DNA of 51,807 nt from an uncultured Ventosimonas sp. (GTDB taxonomy: Bacteria; Pseudomonadota; Gammaproteobacteria; Pseudomonadales; Pseudomonadaceae): positions 1 through 51,807 of the forward strand of contig CAYNAM010000001.1 in the NCBI GenBank assembly GCA_964395065.1. Reading direction: 5' to 3'. The notes below the pieces were generated by a model, which saw nothing but the letters and a program-made list of their open reading frames with translations, did no database searches and had not been told where the DNA came from. Shown one piece after another: positions 21,255-31,365 of this stretch (its first letter is position 1; each line of letters opens with the position of its first letter). The position numbers and the translations under genes are program-made.

Positions 21255-22814
21255 TTAATATTTATTCCTATCAAAATTAAAATATTCATTAATATAGCCT
21301 ATAAGGGTGTGGATACTTTCTTCTTTTGCAGCCTCTACTTTAACAGTTATAAATTGCTCATCGTCCGTAATCGGTTCACGCCATTGTAATTGATTTTTAA
21401 CCACCTCTAATGTTGCATCAGAAGGATCATTACCTTTTTGAGTGCGCATTAATAAGTTCTCTTTTATTACCTCTAGACTTGCCTCACATTCAATAATTAA
21501 GAAAGGAACACCAACCTCCTCAGCAACTAACTTTGCTTTAGTTCGTTCAGTCTGTTTTAAATAAGCCGCATCTAAAATAACACCATATCCAGCTTGTAGG
21601 CACTCCTTAGCTAATTGATATAAACGGTTGTAAGTAGCCGTGGTCGCTTCAGCACTATAAAGCTTTTCCACCTTAACTTCTCCTGCCAATAAACGCTTAC
21701 GCTCTCGATCACTACGCAAGCGGATAGCCCCAAACTGCTCAACTATTTTAGAGGAAATATAACTTTTCCCAACGGCTGAAACTCCATTAGTTATTAACAA
21801 ATAACGTGGAGGAAGTAATGTATAGCGCTCAGCCAAATTAGCGTAATTATAATATTGCTTTAAAATTGCTTCTTTAGCGCCCTGATCCGTTGTCTGCCCT
21901 AAACTAAATAAAGCAACTTTAGCTCTTACCATAGCACGATAGGCTTTATAAAAATTCATAAGTAATAATGACTGATAATCGCCTGTTTCTTCTAAATAGT
22001 TATTCAATAAACGATTGGCAAATGCGTTTAGTTTTCTATCTTCCAAATCCATGATAAGAAACGCAATATCTGCTGTTACGTCTGTAAATCGAAAAGGCTC
22101 ATTAAACTCAATGCAATCAAAGATAACCACTTTACCATCTAAGATAGCTGCATTATTTAAATGAATATCACCATGGCACTCTCTAATAAAACCATTTGCT
22201 TTACGCTCGGCCAATATGGGCTTAAGCCTTTCATAACTACTTTGTGCCCAAGCTTCTAACTCATCCAGTTGATTATAACCCGCTTTATCCTCAGGCAACA
22301 TAGCACGTATTTGTTCAAAATTTTGCTTAACAGGCTCCATTACCATTTCTGGAGAACCTAACTCGTTACCAGCGGCCACAACAGGTGTTGTCATATGAAA
22401 CGCTGCTATTTGCTTAGATAACTGGTCAATATGCTCTTCTGTTAGTTCGCCATTAGACTGCAATTGACTCAACAATTGACTTTGTGGGAACTGACGCATT
22501 TTCAGCATATATTCAATGGGCTCACCATCACCGCTAATCTTCGGCTCTGATAGCGTGCCGGTAATAGGTAATACGTCTAAATAAATATCTTTCGTCAACC
22601 GCTGATTTAATCTTAGCTCTTCTTGACAAAAAAATTGACGATCAACTAATTGTGTAAAATTCAAAAAACCAAAATCCATTGGTTTCTTAATTTTATAGGC
22701 ATAATCACCTGTTAAAATGACCCATGAGATATGAGTTTCAATGACCTGGAACTGCTTAACAGGATGATTATATAAAGAGGGATTTTGTAAAGACGCAATG
22801 AGCTCAACAGTCAT
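21255..22814 (-). CDS. bifunctional aminoglycoside-phosphotransferase-like kinase / AAA_33 P-loop protein
   Basis: ETHISWV, YKIKKP, CHGDIHLNN, FDCIEFN and a C-terminal GVSAVGKS P-loop. Confidence 0.88.
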   Translation of the reverse strand: MTVELIASLQNPSLYNHPVKQFQVIETHISWVILTGDYAYKIKKPMDFGFLNFTQLVDRQFFCQEELRLNQRLTKDIYLDVLPITGTLSEPKISGDGEPIEYMLKMRQFPQSQLLSQLQSNGELTEEHIDQLSKQIAAFHMTTPVVAAGNELGSPEMVMEPVKQNFEQIRAMLPEDKAGYNQLDELEAWAQSSYERLKPILAERKANGFIRECHGDIHLNNAAILDGKVVIFDCIEFNEPFRFTDVTADIAFLIMDLEDRKLNAFANRLLNNYLEETGDYQSLLLMNFYKAYRAMVRAKVALFSLGQTTDQGAKEAILKQYYNYANLAERYTLLPPRYLLITNGVSAVGKSYISSKIVEQFGAIRLRSDRERKRLLAGEVKVEKLYSAEATTATYNRLYQLAKECLQAGYGVILDAAYLKQTERTKAKLVAEEVGVPFLIIECEASLEVIKENLLMRTQKGNDPSDATLEVVKNQLQWREPITDDEQFITVKVEAAKEESIHTLIGYINEYFNFDRNKY

Positions 22815-22954
22815 AATATTTCTCGTAATAAGTAACTAATGTCTTAAAAACAACTATACAATAAAAATATGAGTTAAAGTGCTATTTATTCGCTAATTTT
22901 GAGGCTTAAAATGCTAACCATTAAGTTATTCAGCATTCTCATGCTATAGGTTAC

Positions 22955-23560
22955 TTAGCTTTCTTCAAAAGCAAGTACTTGCCTGACACATTGCTGATAA
23001 TTATTTTTATCAAAAACTAAGGGTGAAATATTAAACCACTTAATATTTTCATCATTATTTAACGCGAGATGCAAACCACTCCAAATATAATAAGAATCTT
23101 CTTCTGACTTACACTTTGCTCGCCAATACTGCCATATCTGATCGCATCCAGTTAACTTTGCTAAATCATAGCACTCTGACCAATGAGATAGTGTCTTTAG
23201 TTTACTTCTCTGTAAGGACAATGTCTCTACTTCATAAGACTCCATCAAGCCTATTTTATCCCAATGAACCAGTCCTGCTTGATATCGTATCTTTGCAACA
23301 ATTACGGTACAAACCAGATCCAAATCATCTGGACAAACTAAAACCGGTACATTACCATTAATCTCATGCAATAAAAGTGTATTAATATAGTGTTCGCTTA
23401 AGGCATCATAAAGCGATAACCATGCTAGCGATAATTTATTATAATCCTCTTGAGTCTTTTCTGTTATATAGTCAGATAGCGGAACACCATCAATACACAA
23501 CGTCAATGTATTTGCATGAAACAGTTTGATATGCTCAACAGTAACGTTATTCAAATGCAT
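22955..23560 (-). CDS. hypothetical protein
   Basis: 201-aa ORF co-oriented with its neighbours, 14 bp after the upstream stop; contains CPDDLDLVC. Confidence 0.7.
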   Translation of the reverse strand: MHLNNVTVEHIKLFHANTLTLCIDGVPLSDYITEKTQEDYNKLSLAWLSLYDALSEHYINTLLLHEINGNVPVLVCPDDLDLVCTVIVAKIRYQAGLVHWDKIGLMESYEVETLSLQRSKLKTLSHWSECYDLAKLTGCDQIWQYWRAKCKSEEDSYYIWSGLHLALNNDENIKWFNISPLVFDKNNYQQCVRQVLAFEES

Positions 23561-23574
23561 TCTCTTTAAAATAA

Positions 23575-23994
23575 TTACTGCTTTTCATACACAAAACTAT
23601 GGTTATTGCCTGTTAATGTTAATGTATTACCTTTTAACTGAACATTCACCCCGTCTCTAAACATACCTCCTAATGCATTTTCCATTATTGCTTCCTTCTG
23701 ACGAAAACAAGCCATTCGCGTAGAGGCCAAGCCATCGCTTTTTAATTTCCCTTCACTCAATGTCGCTTGGCCAATAAATGTATTGCAAAGTACACCGTGA
23801 ATTTTTAATAAATCACCACCACCTGACTCAAAGCTCATACCCATGGATGTAGTAGCATCCGTAATAGCCTCCTGATCAAAACTGACTAAGCGATATTTTC
23901 CATATAAATCGGTTGTTGTGAGATTTGTGGATTTAGCCGTTTGACAACCCACTATAAATGCAGCTGTTGCCATCATTAAAATGATTTTTTTCAT
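23575..23994 (-). CDS. META-domain (HslJ-like) lipoprotein
   Basis: Lipobox IVGC, CNTFIG and ASTRMAC; AGGAG RBS. Confidence 0.88.
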   Translation of the reverse strand: MKKIILMMATAAFIVGCQTAKSTNLTTTDLYGKYRLVSFDQEAITDATTSMGMSFESGGGDLLKIHGVLCNTFIGQATLSEGKLKSDGLASTRMACFRQKEAIMENALGGMFRDGVNVQLKGNTLTLTGNNHSFVYEKQ

Positions 23995-24172
23995 ATTTGC
24001 ACTCCTATTTTAATCTAATTACTCAATATTTATGAGCTAGAGTATAGCAACCCATAAAAGAATTCATACCCCCCTCAGAAATTTTGTGTCTATTTTTAAA
24101 ATTATCACTGTAAATTCTATCGAGAGTGCAGTACACTCTAGGGCTTTCTAGAATATTTTATGGAGTCGTGGC

Positions 24173-25390
24173 ATGGCTGATGTTCAAAAGGTCGTCCTTG
24201 CTTATTCAGGTGGCTTGGATACGTCTGTAATCCTTAAATGGTTACAAGACACTTATCAATGTGAAGTAGTAACTTTTACTGCGGATTTAGGGCAAGGTGA
24301 AGAAGTGGAACCTGCTCGCGCCAAAGCAAAAGCACTAGGTGTAAAAGAGATTTATATTGAAGATTTACGCGAAGAGTTTGTCCGTGATTTCGTGTTCCCA
24401 ATGTTTCGTGCCAATACTATCTATGAAGGCGAATATTTATTAGGTACGTCTATTGCACGCCCACTCATTGCTAAGCGTCTTGTTCAGATTGCTAATGAAA
24501 CCAATGCTGATGCGATCTCACATGGTGCAACAGGTAAAGGCAATGACCAAGTTCGTTTTGAGCTCGGTGCTTACGCATTAAAGCCAGGTGTAAAAGTGAT
24601 TGCACCATGGCGCGAGTGGGATCTTTTATCTCGTGAAAAACTAATGGATTATGCAGAAAAACACAATATCCCTATTGAGCGCCATGGTAAGAAAAAATCA
24701 CCTTACTCCATGGATGCTAACTTACTGCACATTTCCTATGAAGGTGGAGTATTAGAAGATACTTGGGCAGAAAATGAAGAAGATATGTGGCGTTGGACAG
24801 TATCTCCTGAGAAAGCTCCCGATACCCCAACCTACATCGAGTTAACCTACAAAAAAGGTGACATCGTCGCCATTGATGGTAAAAACATGTCCCCTGCCGA
24901 AGTTCTTACTGAACTAAACCGTATTGGCGGTGCTAACGGTATAGGTCGCTTAGACATTGTTGAAAACCGCTATGTTGGCATGAAATCACGTGGCTGCTAT
25001 GAAACACCTGGTGGTACTATAATGCTACAAGGCCACAGAGCAATCGAATCAATCACCCTAGACCGTGAAGTAGCTCATTTAAAAGACAGCATCATGCCAC
25101 AATACGCTAGCCTAATTTATAACGGTTATTGGTGGAGTCCTGAGCGCATCATGTTACAACAGATGATTGATGAGTCACAGCACAATGTCAATGGTGTCGT
25201 CCGTTTAAAACTTTATAAAGGCAATGTTATGATAGTCGGACGCAAATCAGACGATTCTTTATTCGATGCCAATATTGCAACCTTTGAAGAGGATGGTGGT
25301 GCTTATAATCAAGCTGATGCAGCAGGCTTTATCAAACTAAATGCCCTTAGATTAAGAATAGCTGCACAAAAAGGCCGCAAACTAATTTAG
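24173..25390 (+). CDS. argG: argininosuccinate synthase
   Basis: [22 protein letters not shown] and [10 protein letters not shown] motifs. Confidence 0.99.
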   Translation: MADVQKVVLAYSGGLDTSVILKWLQDTYQCEVVTFTADLGQGEEVEPARAKAKALGVKEIYIEDLREEFVRDFVFPMFRANTIYEGEYLLGTSIARPLIAKRLVQIANETNADAISHGATGKGNDQVRFELGAYALKPGVKVIAPWREWDLLSREKLMDYAEKHNIPIERHGKKKSPYSMDANLLHISYEGGVLEDTWAENEEDMWRWTVSPEKAPDTPTYIELTYKKGDIVAIDGKNMSPAEVLTELNRIGGANGIGRLDIVENRYVGMKSRGCYETPGGTIMLQGHRAIESITLDREVAHLKDSIMPQYASLIYNGYWWSPERIMLQQMIDESQHNVNGVVRLKLYKGNVMIVGRKSDDSLFDANIATFEEDGGAYNQADAAGFIKLNALRLRIAAQKGRKLI

Positions 25391-25407
25391 TTTGTTTTAT
25401 TAGTCAC

Positions 25408-25436
25408 AAGCAGTAGAGTTTCTTACTACTGCTTTT
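25408..25436 (+). terminator. intrinsic terminator-like hairpin after argG
   Basis: AAGCAGTAG-loop-CTACTGCTTTT. Confidence 0.6.
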
Positions 25437-25456
25437 AATAATAAGAGGTAAAACTG

Positions 25457-25849
25457 ATGAGATTATTGCACACCATGCTACGGGTTGGTGATTTGGACAA
25501 ATCGATCACCTTTTATACCAAAGTTTTTGGAATGAAACTTCTTCGCCGCAAAGATTATCCCGATGGTAAATTTACACTGGCTTTTGTAGGGTATGGTGAC
25601 GAAAAAGACACTAGCGTTATTGAGTTAACCTATAATTGGGACACAGATCACTATGATCTAGGTAATGGCTATGGGCATATTGCCATAGAAGTCGATGATG
25701 TTTATAAAGCTTGTGATACCATCCGAGCACATGGTGGAAAAATCACACGAGAGCCTGGTCCGATGAAGCATGGTTCAAGCATTCTTGCCTTTGTTGAGGA
25801 CCCCGATGGCTACAAAATAGAGCTACTTTCACCTGATCGTGGTGATTAA
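25457..25849 (+). CDS. gloA: lactoylglutathione lyase (glyoxalase I)
   Basis: [24 protein letters not shown] and DPDGYKIE motifs. Confidence 0.97.
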   Translation: MRLLHTMLRVGDLDKSITFYTKVFGMKLLRRKDYPDGKFTLAFVGYGDEKDTSVIELTYNWDTDHYDLGNGYGHIAIEVDDVYKACDTIRAHGGKITREPGPMKHGSSILAFVEDPDGYKIELLSPDRGD

Positions 25850-25860
25850 TCAAGTGACTT

Positions 25861-25890
25861 AATAAAAACCCATCCCATTGGGTTTTTATT
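25861..25890. terminator. bidirectional terminator
   Basis: AATAAAAACCCA-TCCCAT-TGGGTTTTTATT between convergent genes. Confidence 0.7.
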
Positions 25891-26065
25891 ATATATCAAA
25901 ATCAAAGTCAGCAATTTGTTTATTAAGGCGACGCTCTTCGAGTATATTATCAATCACCCGGCGCTTTGCTAAACTGTTTTTAACTCCGTCCTTTTCAGCT
26001 TCTTCTGTATCATCGAGATCATCAGAAATAAAATCATCTTCTAAATCAATATCTTCTTTACTCAT
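25889..26065 (-). CDS. small acidic protein, PA3496-like family
   Basis: KRRVIDNILEERRLNKQIADFDFDI; follows nth as in Pseudomonas. GGAG RBS before ATG 26065. Confidence 0.75.
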   Translation of the reverse strand: MSKEDIDLEDDFISDDLDDTEEAEKDGVKNSLAKRRVIDNILEERRLNKQIADFDFDI

Positions 26066-26170
26066 TACGATCACTCCAAAAATGGGGTACTTATGGCGCA
26101 CCTTATATCCTGAAATCACAACTGGGTAAAATTATTTTTTTTTATTGATTCAATAGTATTAATTAATAAT

Positions 26171-26809
26171 TCAAATATCAGATGTTTTTTCCTTGTACTC
26201 ACACAAGTCTTCAATACAACAACTACCACAACAAGGCTTTCGTGACTTACACACATAGCGCCCATGTAAAATTAACCAATGGTGAGCATCTACTAGATAC
26301 TCCTTTGGAATAACCTTTACCAATTTATTTTCAACCTCTAATACTGTTTTCCCTGTTGCAATATGGGTTCTATTGCTTACTCGAAATACATGTGTATCAA
26401 CAGCCATCACGGGCTGTTTAAACGCTGTATTTAAAATAACATTCGCTGTTTTACGCCCCACGCCTGGTAAAGCCTCTAGTGCATCCCGAGTATTCGGAAC
26501 AACACTGTCATATTTATCAATTAATTGCTGACATGTCGCAATCACATTTTTGGCTTTACTATTATACAAACCAATAGACTTTATATAGTGACTCAAACCA
26601 TCAACACCTAAGGCCAAAATAGCTTCAGGTGTATTGGCGACAGGATACAGTTTCTTGGTTGCTTTATTAACACTTACATCAGTTGCCTGAGCAGATAACA
26701 TCACCGCAATTAATAATTCAAATGTTGACTGAAACTCTAACTCTGTCGTTGGGTGTGGATTATGTTCTTTTAGACGGCGGAATATTTCTCGACGTTTGGC
26801 TGCATTCAT
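26171..26809 (-). CDS. nth: endonuclease III
   Basis: LSAQATD, LPGVGRKTAN, VDTH and a C-terminal FeS cysteine cluster. Confidence 0.98.
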   Translation of the reverse strand: MNAAKRREIFRRLKEHNPHPTTELEFQSTFELLIAVMLSAQATDVSVNKATKKLYPVANTPEAILALGVDGLSHYIKSIGLYNSKAKNVIATCQQLIDKYDSVVPNTRDALEALPGVGRKTANVILNTAFKQPVMAVDTHVFRVSNRTHIATGKTVLEVENKLVKVIPKEYLVDAHHWLILHGRYVCKSRKPCCGSCCIEDLCEYKEKTSDI

Positions 26810-26915
26810 AACAATCCTCTCTAGTAAGACACAAATTATAAATGCTATTCAAGGATATTCCCAGATATACTGCTATACTAATAGCACAACATCATTGATA
26901 TTCTTTAATATACCC

Positions 26916-28448
26916 ATGTCTATTTTATTAACTACACTTAATGCTCGTTTCGCCCATACTTCACTAGCTCTACGCTATATCTATGCTAACATGCACGAGC
27001 TACAAGACCGAACCTCTATTGTTGAATTCACCATTCAACAAAACGTAGAAGATATTTTAGAATGTATTATCCAACATAACCCACGTATCGTTGGATTCTC
27101 TGTTTATACTTGGAATATTGTTGAAACAACCCAACTCATACAAGAGCTCAAATTATTACGTCCTGATATCACTATCATTATTGGAGGACCTGAAGTTTCT
27201 TATGAATACGAACATACGGTCATCTATAATGCTGCAGACTATTTAATCAAAGGATGGGGAGAGATTAGTTTTTATAAACTCTGTCATCAATTACTCAACA
27301 GACAAATCATTACCCAAAAAGCCATTACAGGGATACAAGAAAAACTAGAAAATATTGTTTTACCCTATCGTTACTATACAGACCACGATATAAAACACCG
27401 CACTGTCTACATAGAAGCCTCTCGAGGTTGTCCTTTTAAATGTGAGTTTTGTCTGTCTAGTTTAGATAAAACAGCATGGAGCTTTCCTTTAGATTCCTTT
27501 TTAGCTGAAATGGAACTACTCTACCAGCGAGGTTTAAGGCAGTTCAAGTTTATTGACCGAACCTTTAACTTAAAAAAAGAATTTACAACGCGAATTTTGC
27601 AATTTTTTTTGGACAAAATCAAAGATAATTCTAGCGAGCCCTTATTTTTACACTTTGAACTAGTGCCCGATCACTTGCCTGATGAGCTAAAAGCACTTAT
27701 CTTATTATTTCCTGATGGTAGTTTACAATTTGAAATAGGTATTCAAACACTAAACGCTGAAACTCAATCATTAATCTCACGCAAAACAGACATTAAAAGA
27801 GCCCAAGAAAATATCCACTGGCTGTCAACTAACACAACCGTCCATTTACACGTTGACTTAATTGCAGGGCTGCCAGCAGAAACGTTAGAAGCGTTCGCAA
27901 GAGGCTTTAATGAGTTATGGTCATGGCAGCCTCAAGAGATCCAACTAGGCATCCTAAAACGGCTAAAAGGTACACCTATTATACGCCATACTGAAACCTT
28001 TCAATATAAATATAGCCTTATTCCCCCCTATTCTGTATTAGAAAATAAAACGATGTCTTTTAAAACTTTAAATCATATTAAACGAATCGCAAAATTCTGG
28101 GATTTAATTGCTAACTCTGGACGCTTCAAAAACACATTGCCTATTTTCTTGAATCAGGATGCATTTGCAGCTATCTCACACTTTACCACATGGGCTTTTC
28201 CTAAGGTCAACCAAACCCATGGTATTGCCTTTGATAAACTCTTTGCGCTTGTGTTTGATTATTTAACAACACAAACCGAACATTCTCTAGCCTTTATCCA
28301 ACAAACAATGCAGCAAGATTTTATTCGCATTGGTACCCACGGCTGGCCAAAATTTCTAGGCACACCGCCTGATAATTGGAAAGAACAATTAATTAATAAA
28401 ACCAAGCAAAAATCATTACCTAAGCGGCAACAGCAACATACTGGCTAA
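26916..28448 (+). CDS. B12-binding-domain radical SAM protein (DUF4080-type C-terminus)
   Basis: SRGCPFKCEFC (CxxxCxxC), GFSVYTWN, IGGPEVS and DLIAGLP. Start reassigned to ATG 26916. Confidence 0.88.
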   Translation: MSILLTTLNARFAHTSLALRYIYANMHELQDRTSIVEFTIQQNVEDILECIIQHNPRIVGFSVYTWNIVETTQLIQELKLLRPDITIIIGGPEVSYEYEHTVIYNAADYLIKGWGEISFYKLCHQLLNRQIITQKAITGIQEKLENIVLPYRYYTDHDIKHRTVYIEASRGCPFKCEFCLSSLDKTAWSFPLDSFLAEMELLYQRGLRQFKFIDRTFNLKKEFTTRILQFFLDKIKDNSSEPLFLHFELVPDHLPDELKALILLFPDGSLQFEIGIQTLNAETQSLISRKTDIKRAQENIHWLSTNTTVHLHVDLIAGLPAETLEAFARGFNELWSWQPQEIQLGILKRLKGTPIIRHTETFQYKYSLIPPYSVLENKTMSFKTLNHIKRIAKFWDLIANSGRFKNTLPIFLNQDAFAAISHFTTWAFPKVNQTHGIAFDKLFALVFDYLTTQTEHSLAFIQQTMQQDFIRIGTHGWPKFLGTPPDNWKEQLINKTKQKSLPKRQQQHTG

Positions 28449-29398
28449 TAACCATACCTTAAGCGCAACGTCTCTGGATAAGGATTAAAATAACTCTGCT
28501 GAGCAAGGTACTCATCTGGATGCTCAGCTAAATAATGTTTTAAAAGTGTAATAGGTGATAATAAAGGTTGAATACCCTGCCGATAAAGCTCAATTAACTG
28601 TGTTAACTCTTCCTTTTGTCTTTGTGTTAACTTCTTTTTAAAATAGCCTTGTATATGCATTAACGTATTCGTATGATTGGCTCTAGTTGCACAACAAGCC
28701 AGTAACGACATAAATTGATTACGGTATGCTATAAAATAATCCTCTAATGAGCTCCAATCTGCAATGTTCGCTACAAATAAACCAAGCTCTCGATATTTAG
28801 GTTGTGAATGAGCTAATAACGTGTATTTATAACGACTATGAAACCCCACTAGTTTTGCTCTGGTTAATCCACTCTCTCGTAAGCTATTTAACTCATGCAA
28901 TGCAAAAATGCGCTCAATAAAATTCTCTCTGAGTGCAGCATCATTTAAACGACCATTTTCCTCAACAGGCAACCAAGGCATCATCTGTAATAGATGCTTA
29001 GTAAATAGTCCTACACCGTTGCTTTGAAAACCTTCATTTTTCTCATTATAAATTTTTATACGCTCCATCCCGCAACTGGGCGATTTAGCACATACAATAT
29101 ACCCACACAGATGCCCAAGTGAGGCAACTTTCTGCTCAGAAAAGTTGTTCATTTTTTGTGTTAAATCTACGCCATTATCTTCTGTAAAACGTAATTGAAT
29201 CTGATTGTTCTGTTTCACTAATCGTATCGTTGGACGAGGCGTACCTAAACCAATAGCCATCTCTGGACATATCATTTGAAAATCAATATAACGTGCCAAT
29301 TCATCCACGGCAAAATCTAAACGCTTATTTCCGCCATTGTAACGAACGTTTTCCCCCATAAGACAGCTACTAATACCAACCAGAATTTTTTTAATCAT
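28445..29398 (-). CDS. ybgA: YbgA family protein (DUF523 + DUF1722)
   Basis: GISSCLMGENVRYNG, CPEM, KSPSCG, EENGRL and FHSRYK motifs. Confidence 0.9.
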   Translation of the reverse strand: MIKKILVGISSCLMGENVRYNGGNKRLDFAVDELARYIDFQMICPEMAIGLGTPRPTIRLVKQNNQIQLRFTEDNGVDLTQKMNNFSEQKVASLGHLCGYIVCAKSPSCGMERIKIYNEKNEGFQSNGVGLFTKHLLQMMPWLPVEENGRLNDAALRENFIERIFALHELNSLRESGLTRAKLVGFHSRYKYTLLAHSQPKYRELGLFVANIADWSSLEDYFIAYRNQFMSLLACCATRANHTNTLMHIQGYFKKKLTQRQKEELTQLIELYRQGIQPLLSPITLLKHYLAEHPDEYLAQQSYFNPYPETLRLRYGY

Positions 29399-29577
29399 GA
29401 GTTAATTCACTAATTATCAGCAAAAAATGATTATACTTTACACTTACTTAAATTCATAAAATATTCATTATATCAATGTATAGATTAATCATAGTCTTAT
29501 GTCTAGTATTCAAAAGCAAGATTACATCTTATAAATATATATCATGATAACAAACTATTTATTAAGAGGACACATAC

Positions 29578-29916
29578 ATGAGCAGCAGTTTTGAAATTAA
29601 AAAAGCACATGGTGGAAAGTTTTTTTTCCAACTTAAAACAGGCGAAGGAAAAGTCATTCTAACTAGTGAGCTATATAAACAAAAAGCATCCTCACAAAAT
29701 GGTATTGCCTCCGTACAAAAAAATAGTCATGACGACTCGAAATATAGTCGTTTAAGACGTAAAAATGGCAAGCTTTACTTCACCTTAAAAGCTGCTAACT
29801 ATCAAGTAATAGGAACAAGTGAATTATACAATACAGAAGAAGAAAGAGAGGAAGGTGTCAAATCTATTATGAAACATGGTTCAACCACAACCATTAAAGA
29901 TTTAACTAAAGAGTAA
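29578..29916 (+). CDS. yegP: YegP family protein (tandem DUF1508)
   Basis: Two repeats: FFFQLK..VILTSELY and YFTLKAAN..VIGTSELY. Confidence 0.9.
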   Translation: MSSSFEIKKAHGGKFFFQLKTGEGKVILTSELYKQKASSQNGIASVQKNSHDDSKYSRLRRKNGKLYFTLKAANYQVIGTSELYNTEEEREEGVKSIMKHGSTTTIKDLTKE

Positions 29917-29971
29917 CAAATAAAGGCTAGGCGTTTTCATTACTGATTACCTAACCTTTATAACTGATTAA

Positions 29972-31024
29972 TTATTTCGCAAAGGGATTTTTGTGATCAT
30001 ACGAGTTGATATAGACTTTATCAGATACTAAATAATCGTAAATGTCATCAACAATATCGACACCCTCTTTGTCTGTGCGACTTTCTTCAATCCCTGAATT
30101 TTGTCCTGGATAAAGTACTTGTTTGAAGCCAGGTGCAGGTTTAATTGCGTTTAACTCAGCCATTGTTTGAGAGATTGCTTCTAAGAATTTTTCTTTATCT
30201 CCGAAGAAGGCTGGGTTAATGACAATATGTAAATGGCCCAAATCTCTACCTTTACTTAAATCAGCATACATAGAACTAACAGACTTACCAAAAGGAACAC
30301 CTAGTAATACACCTGATAAAATATCAACCATCATCATAAGGCCATAACCTTTTGGTCCTGCAATAGGAAGTAGGGCACGAACAGCAAAAGGATCTGTTGT
30401 GGGCGCACCGTTCTCATCAACAGCCCACGTATCAGGAATAGGTTCTTTATGTGAACGCTTATCCAAAATCTTACCCCAAGCTTGTACTGTTGTTGCCATG
30501 TCAAAGGTAATCATATCATCCTTACCTTTTCCTGGTGCAGAGAAAGCAATAGGGTTAGTACCATAATAAACTTCCGCACCACCAAAAGGAACAACCATAG
30601 GATCAGACTGGCACAGCGAAATACCAATTAGACCTTCTTTTGCAGCCATCTGTGTAAAATATGAAATCGCGCCACTGTGGCTTATTCTACGAAGTCCAAC
30701 GACCGCAACACCTGACTCCTTTGCCATCTCGATAGCTTTTTCCATGCCAATCTTAGCAATAGGCATTCCAGGACCATTATCGCCATCAATCACCAATGAA
30801 CAAGGACCTGTTTTGTTTATATCTAGCTTATAGTCGACAGTGATACCGCCTTTTGAGATTCTTTCAGAGTAATATTCCACGCGTACAGAACCGTGTGAGT
30901 GGATGCCTCGCCCTTCTGCAAACACTAAAACATCTGACATAACATCAGCATCTTGTTTATGAAGACCTGCTAGTTGTAATTTATTAGATATCAGCGTGTG
31001 AAGCTCTGCTTTACTAAGATTCAT
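29972..31024 (-). CDS. allD: ureidoglycolate dehydrogenase
   Basis: RGIHSHG, SHSGAISYF, CQSDPMVVPFGG, FDMATTVQAWGK and GPKGYGL motifs. Confidence 0.95.
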   Translation of the reverse strand: MNLSKAELHTLISNKLQLAGLHKQDADVMSDVLVFAEGRGIHSHGSVRVEYYSERISKGGITVDYKLDINKTGPCSLVIDGDNGPGMPIAKIGMEKAIEMAKESGVAVVGLRRISHSGAISYFTQMAAKEGLIGISLCQSDPMVVPFGGAEVYYGTNPIAFSAPGKGKDDMITFDMATTVQAWGKILDKRSHKEPIPDTWAVDENGAPTTDPFAVRALLPIAGPKGYGLMMMVDILSGVLLGVPFGKSVSSMYADLSKGRDLGHLHIVINPAFFGDKEKFLEAISQTMAELNAIKPAPGFKQVLYPGQNSGIEESRTDKEGVDIVDDIYDYLVSDKVYINSYDHKNPFAK

Positions 31025-31210
31025 ATTTCTCCATCCTTTTTAACAAAAAGTAATCGGACTAAATTGTAGCGATTTTTTTAAGCTCAAATACAAGACTTTA
31101 ATCAACTTTCTCATACAATAGTAATTTATTAGATGGCTTTTTCATACATTATCAAAATTTTTTTAATAGTTATAACAACATTACCTAATTTTTTCTAAAA
31201 AATGGCGATT

Positions 31211-31224
31211 TTGATACCTATCAA
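31211..31224. promoter_or_regulatory. FNR/ANR box
   Basis: TTGAT-ACCT-ATCAA, a perfect consensus, in the allD/fdrA divergent region; TATATT at 31248-31253. Confidence 0.75.
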
Positions 31225-31365
31225 TTTAATGTTGATGCCAGTGTTTGTATATTTGTTATAGAGTAATAGAACAAAATTCGGTAAAAGCTCTTTTTTAAAC
31301 TAGTAAGATGGAATAAACATAAAGTAGTATTGTGTCCTTCCGTTCACTTAATTAAGGATATTGTT

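Noticed and set aside
25878-26129. 83-aa Ser-rich plus-strand ORF
   Set aside because: Antisense to the better-supported PA3496-like gene.
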